Counted from the stretch's first letter, positions 25,312 to 33,994 are shown. The stretch is 64,000 bases of DNA from Chloroflexota bacterium (GCA_963667925.1 OY764080.1:2641310-2705309), one strand, 5' to 3'. Program-made: numbers and translations. The notes: generated by a model from the letters alone, not told the origin.

Positions 25312-26913
25312 GTGGGTACGGAGAACGCGGGCCGCGACTTTCCGGGCGAATACCGCCTTGACGTTGAAGACTTCGGGCCAATCGCCAAGGCCAGCGTGGA
25401 CCTGCGGCCGCTGACGGTTTTCATTGGACCGAGCAACACGGGCAAGTCGTATCTGGCGATACTGGTATATGCGTTACATCAATGTTTTGGCCAAGGGAAA
25501 AAACATCCATACGGAGACCGACTGCTGAGTTTGATCTTGGATTCTTTCATTGATTCAGGATTCAACGAAGAAACGGACAATATTCTTGAATACTTTAGCG
25601 ATTGGCTGTTGTGTCGGGGTAATAGGGAGTCACAAAGCAACCCACAAGACGATACGAATCTCGAGCTCGACTTCCCGATGCAAGTGGACTCGCGAATCCG
25701 AACCGTGTTTGAGCAAGTGGACGACTTTAGCAATTATATTACGAGCAGGATTTCTGGGTACTTCGGTTTTGGGGCTGAAGAAATCGATCTGCTGATACGA
25801 CGATCGAAGTATGTGTCGGATGCCAGAGTCGAATTATCTATTCCTCGGCTGGCCGGCGACGGGATCGTTGGATATAGCATTAGAATAAACGAAGAAGGGG
25901 TTAAATTTTCGGGAAAAATTGGCGGCGCTGAACCAGTCGTCAACGAAATCGAACGATCTGCGGCTCTTCATGACGCGCCATTGAATCTGAGACATCTCCA
26001 ACGGTTGGCGCGACAGGATGTCGACGACGATGAAGACCTGGTGTTCTCGCTTACGCGGTTCATGGACGCTGCGTTCAGGGAGTTGACTAGACCGATAAAT
26101 CGCAATGCCTATTACTTACCGGCCGATCGTACCGGTGCTATGCACACCCATAAGGCCGTAGTTAGAGCCTTCATCCAAAGTGCCCCATTCAGCACGGCGA
26201 GCCTGACTGCCGATAGTCCTCTCTTCTCAGGAGTATTGGGGGACTTTCTGAGTGAGCTGGTCGGGTTGGATCCCATTCGAACTCGCGTTCGGACAAAGTT
26301 CCGGCGTGTCCCTGCACGACTCAGCGGCAAGTTGGCGACGGATCTGGAGCATGACGTCCTCAAGGGCGCCATACGGCTGGAAGACGCAGGGAGCGGTTAT
26401 CCGACCTTCGAATATCGTCCGGATGGCTGGGATCGGTCCCTGTCGTTGGTGCAGGCGTCTTCCATGGTCGCCGAACTGGCACCGGTGGTGCTCTACTTGC
26501 GGCACCTTGTGCGATCGGACGACGTTCTCATCATCGAAGAGCCGGAGTCGAATCTGCATCCGGCCATGCAGGTTGAGTTCACGCGACAGCTTGCGGGGCT
26601 GGTGCGGGCTGGGATTCGGGTGATTGTGACCACGCACAGCGAGTGGGTGCTGCAAGAGTTGGCCAACCTGGTGCGCGTGTCGAAGCTTCCCGAATCCGCG
26701 CGAGAGGGAATTGCCGGGGGTGACGTGGCGCTTGATGCGAGCCAGGTCGGGGCCTGGTTCTTCAAGCCGGACTCGAACGGCGAGGGTTCCACGGTAAGCG
26801 AGATCGGTCTGGATGAAGAGTCCGGCCTTTACCCGACCGACTTCGAAGAGGTGGCCCGGGCGATGCACAACGATTGGGCCGAGATTTTCAGCCGGCTTGG
26901 AGAGGCTGAGTGA
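25312..26913 (+). CDS. ABC-type/OLD-like AAA ATPase (AAA_15/AAA_21-type; PtuA/AriA/GajA-like architecture)
   Basis: GTG start. N-terminal LTVFIGPSNTGKS Walker A; degenerate signature SLSLVQASS; Walker B DVLIIEEPESNLHP; H-loop VTTHS. The central ~0.65 kb of the gene is low-GC. Confidence 0.8.
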   Translation: MGTENAGRDFPGEYRLDVEDFGPIAKASVDLRPLTVFIGPSNTGKSYLAILVYALHQCFGQGKKHPYGDRLLSLILDSFIDSGFNEETDNILEYFSDWLLCRGNRESQSNPQDDTNLELDFPMQVDSRIRTVFEQVDDFSNYITSRISGYFGFGAEEIDLLIRRSKYVSDARVELSIPRLAGDGIVGYSIRINEEGVKFSGKIGGAEPVVNEIERSAALHDAPLNLRHLQRLARQDVDDDEDLVFSLTRFMDAAFRELTRPINRNAYYLPADRTGAMHTHKAVVRAFIQSAPFSTASLTADSPLFSGVLGDFLSELVGLDPIRTRVRTKFRRVPARLSGKLATDLEHDVLKGAIRLEDAGSGYPTFEYRPDGWDRSLSLVQASSMVAELAPVVLYLRHLVRSDDVLIIEEPESNLHPAMQVEFTRQLAGLVRAGIRVIVTTHSEWVLQELANLVRVSKLPESAREGIAGGDVALDASQVGAWFFKPDSNGEGSTVSEIGLDEESGLYPTDFEEVARAMHNDWAEIFSRLGEAE

Positions 26914-27383
26914 GCGGACTCGTTCAACGGGTCCGGGCGAACCTGGACGGCAGGTGCATCGCCACGCGGATTCGCAAACAGGGCTGCAGCGTGTCCCTGG
27001 ATGGCGCACCGGCTCCCCGCGTGATCGTCGACTTTGACAAACTGGGATCGCCGCTCGGGCCGTCAGATCAGCGGTGCGACTACCTGTTCGTGGCGGACGC
27101 CGCCGATCGTGACGGGTGGGTGGCGCCGCTGGAGTTGAAGCGCGGCAGGTTTCACGCCGGTGAGTTCGTCCGGCAACTACAGGCAGGCGCCACGGCAGCG
27201 GAGAAGCTGGTGCCTCGGAGTGCAAAGGTCAGGTTTCGGCCAATTGCTGTTGTTGGTGGCGGCATGACGAAGGAAGAGTGGAACAAATCGCGGCAGAAGC
27301 GGAACGCGGTGCGTTTTCGTGGCAAATACGAGCTTCTGCGATCTTTGTCGTCCGGCCAGAAGCTGGCCGACAAGCTTTGGTGA
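26910..27383 (+). CDS. Small protein with putative minimal PD-(D/E)xK nuclease motif, translationally coupled to the upstream ATPase
   Basis: GTG start overlaps the ATPase stop (GTGA). 157 aa. Beta-strand Asp residues (RVIVDFD, CDYLFVAD) followed by PLELK (E-x-K). Basic C-terminal tail. Confidence 0.6.
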   Translation: MSGLVQRVRANLDGRCIATRIRKQGCSVSLDGAPAPRVIVDFDKLGSPLGPSDQRCDYLFVADAADRDGWVAPLELKRGRFHAGEFVRQLQAGATAAEKLVPRSAKVRFRPIAVVGGGMTKEEWNKSRQKRNAVRFRGKYELLRSLSSGQKLADKLW

Positions 27384-27520
27384 GCCGGCCGCACGTCGGA
27401 CGTCGAGGACTTGAACATACTGCCCGCGATCCAGAATCCCAGGCTGGGTGCAGTCTGGGCCGTCAGGCAATAGGCGGTCGACAGTCGAGTTCCAAGCGTC
27501 GAAAACCCCAGGTGCCCCGC

Positions 27521-27916
27521 CTACGTCGAGGTCTTTTCGTGCCACCAGCTCGCTAGGGCTAGATCGTAAGCGTGCTCCACTTGCTGCGCATGGTCGTTTT
27601 CAGCCGCGAGCGGCAAGACGATGTCCGCGTGATACGGGTTCCCGGGTCGCGGCGTGTGGCCGACCGCGCGACCATTGGAAGTCGCCACATCTCGCGACAC
27701 AACCGCCCAACCCTCGAATGGACCTGTGCGGTTCACACTGTCGTCCTCGGCTGATCGATGCACGACGCCCATAGCAGCTTCTTCGAGACGATCCACCGAG
27801 ATATATCGCGGATTGGGGGCGTGCATGAAAACATCGTGCGGTGTGTTGTTTCTTCTAGCCTTTCCTGCACGTCGACTCGAATACACACGGCGGCCCAGCG
27901 GCGACGAATGCGACAT
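27521..27916 (-). CDS. Hypothetical protein (131 aa), third gene of the minus-strand hypothetical operon
   Basis: Start lies 8 nt downstream of the stop of the 27925-28575 gene; composition is protein-like; contains an R-x5-H motif (RPGNPYH). The call is weak. Confidence 0.35.
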   Translation of the reverse strand: MSHSSPLGRRVYSSRRAGKARRNNTPHDVFMHAPNPRYISVDRLEEAAMGVVHRSAEDDSVNRTGPFEGWAVVSRDVATSNGRAVGHTPRPGNPYHADIVLPLAAENDHAQQVEHAYDLALASWWHEKTST

Positions 27917-27924
27917 ATAGCCAG

Positions 27925-28575
27925 TCAGCGCTGGATGGATGCCGCGCGCTGCAAATCGCGCAAGGCATCACGAATGAACCCATCCACCCTGTTTGGAGCT
28001 AGATCGTAATGGGCGCGTCGATGCACGCCATCAATCGTGAGCAGAATGAGGGCGGACCCGTCCGAGCCAAAGAGTAAGAGGAGTCCTTTTCGGTACCCGC
28101 CGCTGACGTTGACTGCGACTTCGCGATTGGACGTTGAGTAGACGTCCGCCCGTTCGTCCAAGTCAAAGTATCGCCATAGACGGTACGCATTTGTCAGCGC
28201 CGTCTTTGACGGCGGCTCGTAATTCTCGTCTTCGGCTTCGATTAGGAGGTCGTTGGCGAACTGTTCGTAGCCAATCGTTGGTGCCATTGGCTCCGACAAC
28301 AGCGCCAAGAACAAGGGATCAAGTGAGGTTTCTGAACGGCGACTACTGCTGTAACTATCGGCCAAGGCAGCCGCATGAAACTCGTACGCCAGCAACGGCG
28401 ACGGCTCCGTGTCCTTGTGAAAGCGATTACATCGGACCAAATCAGCGACACCGCCCATGCCGTCAACCGACAGGACACTGCCAGACGACGAGTCAGCCAC
28501 AGCCTTCGTGACGAGAGCAAGGGCATCGTCCAATAAGTCCGCGCGCGAAGCCTGTCGCAGCTTATCAGTCGCCAT
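27925..28575 (-). CDS. Hypothetical protein (217 aa)
   Basis: Start at MATDKLRQ; overlaps the upstream gene's stop by 11 nt (operonic). No recognisable domain. Confidence 0.5.
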   Translation of the reverse strand: MATDKLRQASRADLLDDALALVTKAVADSSSGSVLSVDGMGGVADLVRCNRFHKDTEPSPLLAYEFHAAALADSYSSSRRSETSLDPLFLALLSEPMAPTIGYEQFANDLLIEAEDENYEPPSKTALTNAYRLWRYFDLDERADVYSTSNREVAVNVSGGYRKGLLLLFGSDGSALILLTIDGVHRRAHYDLAPNRVDGFIRDALRDLQRAASIQR

Positions 28576-29041
28576 CGCCCACCTGCTCGATTTCAGCACG
28601 GCGCTCGGCCAGGACGTGCTTCGCGACGTTAAGATAGCTGTCGTAGGTGCTCTCCAATTGGCGAGACAGATGAAGAGCATCGGCAGGACCAATAGCGATT
28701 CGAGCTATCGGCTTAATATCGGTCCCGGCTGTACGCAACGCCTCCATCGTTTTTTCGTCTTGTTTGGCTGCTTCAAGCAGGACCGGTGGCGGCACGGCAG
28801 CCATGGTTAGAAACAGCATATGATGGTCAGTGTCGTACTGAACAAGGAACGCATTGGCGTAGGCTACGGGCAACTCGTCAGCGGGCTTCCAGTTGATCGG
28901 GAGTTCCACGGACCCGATCTCAATGTTGTCGGGTTCACTCACGGCTGGCAGGCCAAGGTTGGCACGAAACTGGTCAGGGCATGCCGAACGGCGGGCGACG
29001 AGACATGGAAAACCCAGCAAGCCATCGTGTCTCTCCCGCAC
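28565..29041 (-). CDS. Hypothetical protein (158 aa)
   Basis: First gene after an AT-rich putative promoter region; no recognisable domain. Confidence 0.5.
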   Translation of the reverse strand: MRERHDGLLGFPCLVARRSACPDQFRANLGLPAVSEPDNIEIGSVELPINWKPADELPVAYANAFLVQYDTDHHMLFLTMAAVPPPVLLEAAKQDEKTMEALRTAGTDIKPIARIAIGPADALHLSRQLESTYDSYLNVAKHVLAERRAEIEQVGDGD

Positions 29042-29099
29042 GACTGCTACGACGCGGCTCTTGACTATACCATGCCACTGCGCTAAAGTAACGTGTGTC

Positions 29100-29200
29100 T
29101 CGCCCTTGCCCTGCCAACCGATCTGGCTTCCTTACATTAACTAGTACGTTACGTCAAGTTATAATTCACTAGTAGGCTCGTAATGTCCCCGAACACCGAT
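29100..29200. promoter_or_regulatory. AT-rich island with ACTAGT-containing imperfect palindromes (candidate promoter/operator for the minus-strand hypothetical operon)
   Basis: ttacattaactagtacgttacgtcaagttataattcactagtaggctcgtaatg: ~35% GC inside a ~67% GC genome; taactagtacgtta is a near-palindrome. Confidence 0.45.
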
Positions 29201-29314
29201 CCAGCGCCTTTCCGGTCTGGACGGTCCCACTCGTAGACGGAGCGCGGGCAGTCCGGGTCGAGCGCGCGACCGGCGAGTTTCAGGTCGTCGTCGGCTTTGG
29301 CGAACCAGGCTTGC

Positions 29315-29659
29315 TCAGGCCGCGCGTCGGTCGTAGAGGACCTCCGAGTCTTCCAGCATTCGGCTGAGCATGGAGTTGGGGTTGGGGCGGTAGGCGGTGA
29401 ACGTCTCGTAAGAGCGGATCAGCAGGTCCACGGGCAGCAGGAAGCGTTCGGCGATGGCGCGGCGGATGGGGTTGCCGCGCCGGGGCGGCTCGACGCCGGG
29501 GCGAAGCACCACCATCAGGTCCAGGTCGCTGTTTTCGTCTTCTTCGCCGCGGGCGCAGCTGCCGAAGAGGATGACTTGCTCGGGCTCGAAGCGCTCGACG
29601 ATGAGTTGGGTGATGGCTTCGATGGTTTCCCGGTTGAGGGGGTCTTCGACGACGCGCAT
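29315..29659 (-). CDS. Minimal nucleotidyltransferase (MNT) domain protein, no adjacent HEPN partner
   Basis: Real start is ATG 29659 (MRVVEDPLNRE...). NTase motif LFGSCARGEEDENSDLDLMVV. The ORF-track N-terminal extension is a Pro/Arg-rich artefact. Lies 5 nt downstream of the R-M gene stop. Confidence 0.75.
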   Translation of the reverse strand: MRVVEDPLNRETIEAITQLIVERFEPEQVILFGSCARGEEDENSDLDLMVVLRPGVEPPRRGNPIRRAIAERFLLPVDLLIRSYETFTAYRPNPNSMLSRMLEDSEVLYDRRAA

Positions 29660-29664
29660 CGGGG

Positions 29665-32600
29665 CTAGACCGCCACCCGAGATTCGGTGTCGCCGGCTGC
29701 CAGGGCGTTCATGTAGGCGAGGATTAGGGCTTTGGTGCGGTAGTGGCCGAATTGGGCTTTGTCGTGGCGTTGGATGATGGGGAAGGTGGAGAGGATGTAG
29801 GCGGCGTCTTCGCGGTCGAGGCCGTAGAGGTGGAAGTAGAGGGCGTCGAGGCGGGCTCGGAGGTGGCGGCGTTGTTCGGGGTCCCAGGGGAAGGGTGGGC
29901 CGTGGTGGCCGAGGTCGCGGGCGAAGGGGGCCATGTCGTGGGCCGTGTAGGTGAGGCGGAGGACGTGGTGGCGGACGAGGTCGGCGGCGGTGCGGTCGCC
30001 GAAGGGGCGGTGGTAGGCGTCGGGCGCGATCATGGGCAGCTGTTCGAGGATGTACCACGTGAAGTTGTTCCCGGGAACTTTCTGCCGTGCGATGTAGTCG
30101 AAAGCGAAGGAATTCAGGTTGGCGACTACTTGGCAGACGTCCATAGGCGGATCCTCGGACTCATCGAGGAGTGGCAGTAGGTTCAAGGAGTGTCCAGCTC
30201 CTACCTGTGGCATGACGGCGGCGATCATCGTTCGCGCATTGGTAACGGATGTGACGTTCTTGAATGTGATCATCCACTTGTGTGGCGAGCCCCAATGCCG
30301 GTCGTCGAGCTGCACAAAGTAGCGAGGTATGGGCAGGCGATCGAAGTCCTGTTTCTCAAGCGCACGGATCGTCTCTTGCTGCCCGGGTCTGAATAGATTC
30401 TGTTGGTTCGTTGTCGTGTCTGCTGCACGATGATCAAATGCCTGCACCATCTTGCCTTCGTACAACGGCAGATACTGATCCTTGCCGCGCTTCCAGCGAT
30501 TCCCTTTGACCGGATAGAACCCCTCGTCTTGCAGTTGAACCGCGGTGCGGAAGAGATGCGAGTCATTGGCCATGTGGAACATGTTTGCGTAGCGGACGGG
30601 CCAGGCGCGGTGTTCCTCGCCGGTTGATCGGTCCACCAGGACGGGGTGCTGCTGGTAGATGCGACGGGTGATGTCGGCGTCGCGGCGGGTGCGGAAGATG
30701 GGGGCGGTGCCGGTGTTGGGGTTGACGCGGGCGAAGTCGTCGGGCGTGAGGGTGAAAGCGCGGTCTGGATCGTTGATGGTGTTGGTGTCGGGCAGGAAGA
30801 AGCCGCAGCGGGTCTCGGGGATCGTGCGTTGGGGGCCGCCGACGATGAGGGCGCAGAACTTGAAGCGGGAGTCGATGTCGGGGAAGAACGGCGGCAAATC
30901 GGTGCCCAGGCGACGGTTCTCGAAGTCGTAGATGCCGGCGACGCGGCCGGTGGTGGAGACGGACTGGAAGAAGCGGGCGGCGGTGCGGTCGGCGTAGATG
31001 CCGGAGGGGGTGAGCAGGCCGACGAGGCCGTTGGGCTTGACGAGGCGGAGGGAGCGTTCGACGAAGAGGGAGTAGAGGTTGATGTCGCCGCCGCCGAGCA
31101 GGGGGTAGTGGCCGGAGGCGCGAATGACCTGGCCGAGGCGGTCGGCGCGGGCCTTGGCCTGGTCGAAGGATTCGGCCAGCGGGTCGCCCTGCTCGCGCAG
31201 GCGCTTGATGCCCTGGCGGCGGGCGGCGGCGGTGGGGGCGCGGGCGAGGTCGGGGTCGCGGGTGGCGAACCATTCGACTTCCTGGAGCTTGATGCGGTCC
31301 CAGGGGGGATTGCCGATGACGGCGTCGAAGCCGCCTTCGGGGGTCTGGTTTTGCCAGTGGCGCCAGACGCCGGGGAAGGCGGCTTCCCAATGCAAGAAGG
31401 ATTCTTTTTTGGCAATAGATTTGGATTGGTTTAGGAGGGTGGTGAAGGCGGGGTCTGTTGACTCGGGCTTGCGTTGGTTCGGGGTTGGTTGCGCGGAGGA
31501 CCCCTCACCGATTTCCGCCGAAGACGGCGGAATCCCTCGGCTGGCTCGGGACAGGTTCTGCCTCTCCCCTTGGAGAGGGGAAGATCCGTGCGGCTCCGCA
31601 GGGTGTGAATCCGCAGGGGGGTGCTGGTGGGTGGGATTACGAGCGGAAGACGGGCGGGTCTGAGACGCCGCCCCTACGAAAGAGGGAGAGGACGGCGACT
31701 CGGACAGGGTTGCAGGTGAGGGTGGTTCGACACGGGCCTTCGAGGGACTGCGGCCCGGCTCACCACGAACGGTTGGGTGGCGGTGGGTCAGGAGGGTGAA
31801 TGCTTGGGTGGGGTCCGCGCCCAGGGTCTCGGCCACCGGCGCCTCGAATGTTGCGCGTTGGCGGACGCGCATGCCGGCGGTGTGCCAGCGGAGGCCGGCG
31901 AGGGTGTCGAGGAAGCCGCGGAGGTCGGCGGTGGCGGATTCGACGGCGTGGAAGAGGGTCTCGGACTGGTGGACTTCGGTGACGTCGGCGTCGGAGAGCT
32001 GTTCGATCTGACGCATGCCGTGGGCGGCGTTTTCGACGCCCTGCAGGGCGCTGGTGACGAACATGGGCACCTTGAGGCGCTGTAGCTCGGTTTTGGCGTC
32101 GGCGATGCGGAGGCCGAGGAGGGAGTCGCCGCAGCGGAGGTGGTGGTCCAGGAAGGAGAGGGGCGCGCCGACGGTGAAGCTGTGGAGCCAGAGGGAGACC
32201 TTGGCGAGTTCGACGGTGAGGGGGTTCTTGTCGACGCCGTAGATGCAGCGCTTGAGGACGAGGCGGCGGATGATGGCCTGGTCGGTGAGTTGGGCCTGGT
32301 TGACGGTCCAGCCGGACTCGGCGGCGCGGTGCAGGATGGCGTCGCGGATGGCGGCGACGCGGTCCAGCAGGGGTGAGTGGTAGGGGTCGTCCGCGTCCAG
32401 CCAGTCGGCGAATGCGGGAGCGACTTCGACCAGGTCGGCGATGTAGTCGGTGAGGAAGTCGACGGCGCTGACGAGGAAGTGGCCGCTGCCCATGGCGGGG
32501 TCGAGCACCTTGAGATCGAGGACGGCCTGGGCGGGGTCCAGGCTGGCGAGCTCGGCGCGGCGTTCAGATTTGGGGCGGCGGTCGCCGCGGAGTTCGCCGG

Positions 32601-33990
32601 CCCTGGCCTCGAAGGCGTCCAGGCGTTCCTCGATGAGCGGCTTGAGGGTTTGGTCGACGATGAGGTCCACGAGGTCCTGCGGGGTGTAGAAGCTGCCGCT
32701 GTCCTTGCGGGCGTAGGGGTTGGGGCGGATCTCAATCTGACCTTCGGCATCCAGCCGCGGTTCTTGCTCCAGCAAGCGTTCGTAGAGGGAGCCGAGTTGC
32801 TGGACGGACATGTCGCGGTAGTTGACGTAGCTGGGCTGGCCGTCGGCCTGGGTGTGGCTGAGGTCGTAGACGACGTCGGCGATTACGTCATCGGGGAGGC
32901 GGACCTGGTTGAGCAGCGGGGCGGCGTGTTGGGCGAAGAGACCGCCGTTGTAGGGCGGGAGGCCGATGGAGCGGTCGCCGACGTCGATCAGGCGAAACAG
33001 GGTGGTGAGGTGGTCGTAGTAGCTGGAGGCGGCGGTGGAGAAGGTGTCGTTGCGGTCTTTGCGCCGGGCCACGTCGTCGCGGACGCGCTTGCGGAGGCCG
33101 TAGTCGTCGTAGGCGGCGTCGTTGACGGGCAGCAGGCCGCGGTCCTCGGCGTAGAGGACGAAGAGCAGGCGGTAGAGAAAGATGAGGGCGGCTTCGCGGA
33201 TTGCCGGCATGGGCTGGTCGGACTTGTCGGCCAGAGCCTGGAGGAGGCGGGGAAAGACGCGCTGGAAGACGACGCCGGCGAGGCTCTGGGCGACGCGCTG
33301 TTCGTAGCGGCGGCCCGCCGCCAATGCTGTTTCAAGAAACGCGGCAACTGCTCCTGGACGTCGTACGAAGGCGGAGCGGCGGAAGAGCAGGTGGAAGGTG
33401 CGGAGGGCGTCCTGGTCGTCGGCTTCCAGGAGGGCCTGGAGGTCGGCTTCGTAGTAGGCGGTGGCGCGGGGGCGGGTTTTCTGGTCGTAGAGCCGCCAGA
33501 CGGCGCCGTTGGTGAGGATGCCCCAGCGGAGGTCGCCATCGGTGACGGTCTCGGCCTCGCGGAGGTAGCGGAGGATCTGGGCGTGGGGCGAGGAGGCCTG
33601 GAGTCCCTTGCCGGAGCCGCGGGTGTCGAGGGGACGGCCGAAGCGCTTGAGCTCGGCGACGGCGAGGGCCTCAAGGAATGGGCTGGCCGTGGACCCGGTG
33701 GCGCGGGTCTTGGCCTGGGCGTCGGGGAAGAGCAGCAGGTCGGGGATGTTTTCGCCGCCGCTGGAGGTTTGCTGGGGGAGGTCGTGGGTCCAGCCGAGGA
33801 GTTGGAGCAGGGGGCGGATGAGGTCCTGCTCGGTCTGGGTTTCGTTGGGGTTGTGGTCGGCGGGGAAGTCCCGGAAGAGGCGGCGGGCTTCGTCACGGAA
33901 GGCGGTGAAGGCGGGGCGCTGGGATTGCCGCTCGGGGGTCTGGCGGATGCCGTCGGTGAGGAAGTATTCGGTGAAGAGGTGGCCGGGCAT
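29665..33990 (-). CDS. Type IIG restriction-modification enzyme: N-terminal PD-(D/E)xK endonuclease domain fused to gamma-class N6-adenine DNA methyltransferase (Eco57I/PglX-like), with in-frame low-complexity insertion
   Basis: 1441 aa. N-terminal ENIPDLLLFPD...LAVAELKRF (PD...ExK). GSFYTPQDLVDLIV (FYTP motif). VIGNPPWDRIKLQE (NPPW motif IV). No helicase or Walker motifs, so not Type I or ISP. A ~120-aa Pro/Ser-rich insert is encoded by repeat DNA at 31440-31800. Confidence 0.8.
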   Translation of the reverse strand: MPGHLFTEYFLTDGIRQTPERQSQRPAFTAFRDEARRLFRDFPADHNPNETQTEQDLIRPLLQLLGWTHDLPQQTSSGGENIPDLLLFPDAQAKTRATGSTASPFLEALAVAELKRFGRPLDTRGSGKGLQASSPHAQILRYLREAETVTDGDLRWGILTNGAVWRLYDQKTRPRATAYYEADLQALLEADDQDALRTFHLLFRRSAFVRRPGAVAAFLETALAAGRRYEQRVAQSLAGVVFQRVFPRLLQALADKSDQPMPAIREAALIFLYRLLFVLYAEDRGLLPVNDAAYDDYGLRKRVRDDVARRKDRNDTFSTAASSYYDHLTTLFRLIDVGDRSIGLPPYNGGLFAQHAAPLLNQVRLPDDVIADVVYDLSHTQADGQPSYVNYRDMSVQQLGSLYERLLEQEPRLDAEGQIEIRPNPYARKDSGSFYTPQDLVDLIVDQTLKPLIEERLDAFEARAGELRGDRRPKSERRAELASLDPAQAVLDLKVLDPAMGSGHFLVSAVDFLTDYIADLVEVAPAFADWLDADDPYHSPLLDRVAAIRDAILHRAAESGWTVNQAQLTDQAIIRRLVLKRCIYGVDKNPLTVELAKVSLWLHSFTVGAPLSFLDHHLRCGDSLLGLRIADAKTELQRLKVPMFVTSALQGVENAAHGMRQIEQLSDADVTEVHQSETLFHAVESATADLRGFLDTLAGLRWHTAGMRVRQRATFEAPVAETLGADPTQAFTLLTHRHPTVRGEPGRSPSKARVEPPSPATLSESPSSPSFVGAASQTRPSSARNPTHQHPPADSHPAEPHGSSPLQGERQNLSRASRGIPPSSAEIGEGSSAQPTPNQRKPESTDPAFTTLLNQSKSIAKKESFLHWEAAFPGVWRHWQNQTPEGGFDAVIGNPPWDRIKLQEVEWFATRDPDLARAPTAAARRQGIKRLREQGDPLAESFDQAKARADRLGQVIRASGHYPLLGGGDINLYSLFVERSLRLVKPNGLVGLLTPSGIYADRTAARFFQSVSTTGRVAGIYDFENRRLGTDLPPFFPDIDSRFKFCALIVGGPQRTIPETRCGFFLPDTNTINDPDRAFTLTPDDFARVNPNTGTAPIFRTRRDADITRRIYQQHPVLVDRSTGEEHRAWPVRYANMFHMANDSHLFRTAVQLQDEGFYPVKGNRWKRGKDQYLPLYEGKMVQAFDHRAADTTTNQQNLFRPGQQETIRALEKQDFDRLPIPRYFVQLDDRHWGSPHKWMITFKNVTSVTNARTMIAAVMPQVGAGHSLNLLPLLDESEDPPMDVCQVVANLNSFAFDYIARQKVPGNNFTWYILEQLPMIAPDAYHRPFGDRTAADLVRHHVLRLTYTAHDMAPFARDLGHHGPPFPWDPEQRRHLRARLDALYFHLYGLDREDAAYILSTFPIIQRHDKAQFGHYRTKALILAYMNALAAGDTESRVAV
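31440..31800. repeat. Composite GC-rich hairpin-repeat insertion (elements B + A) inside the R-M coding sequence, reading frame preserved
   Basis: Contains ggaagacgggcgggtctgagacgccgcccctacg (element B, also at 35315-35346) and ggttcgacacgggcc...ggctcaccacgaacgg (element A, also at 34075-34123), plus further small hairpins (ccgccgaagacggcgg). Confidence 0.7.
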
Positions 33991-33994
33991 TGGG

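Noticed and set aside
26227-27225. 332-aa ORF on the minus strand overlapping the ATPase 3' end and the small nuclease-like gene
   Set aside because: Antisense shadow ORF typical of high-GC DNA. Arg/Pro-rich low-complexity translation, with no start context or homology signal.
29660-30058. Pro/Arg-rich N-terminal extension of the MNT ORF
   Set aside because: Low-complexity; it overlaps the 3' end of the R-M gene in another frame. The conserved NTase domain begins at Met 29659.
30270-33896. Multiple long ORFs (381, 275, 320, 302, 587 aa etc.) in other frames or strands across the R-M gene
   Set aside because: All are Ala/Pro/Ser/Arg/Gly-rich shadow ORFs of the 1441-aa gene; none has motif content.
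29665-33990. BREX (PglX) or Type I/ISP assignment for the large methyltransferase
   Set aside because: No brxC/pglZ/brxL-like genes, no HsdS/HsdR, and no helicase motifs in the protein. The N-terminal PD-ExK nuclease fused to a gamma-class MTase fits a stand-alone Type IIG enzyme.
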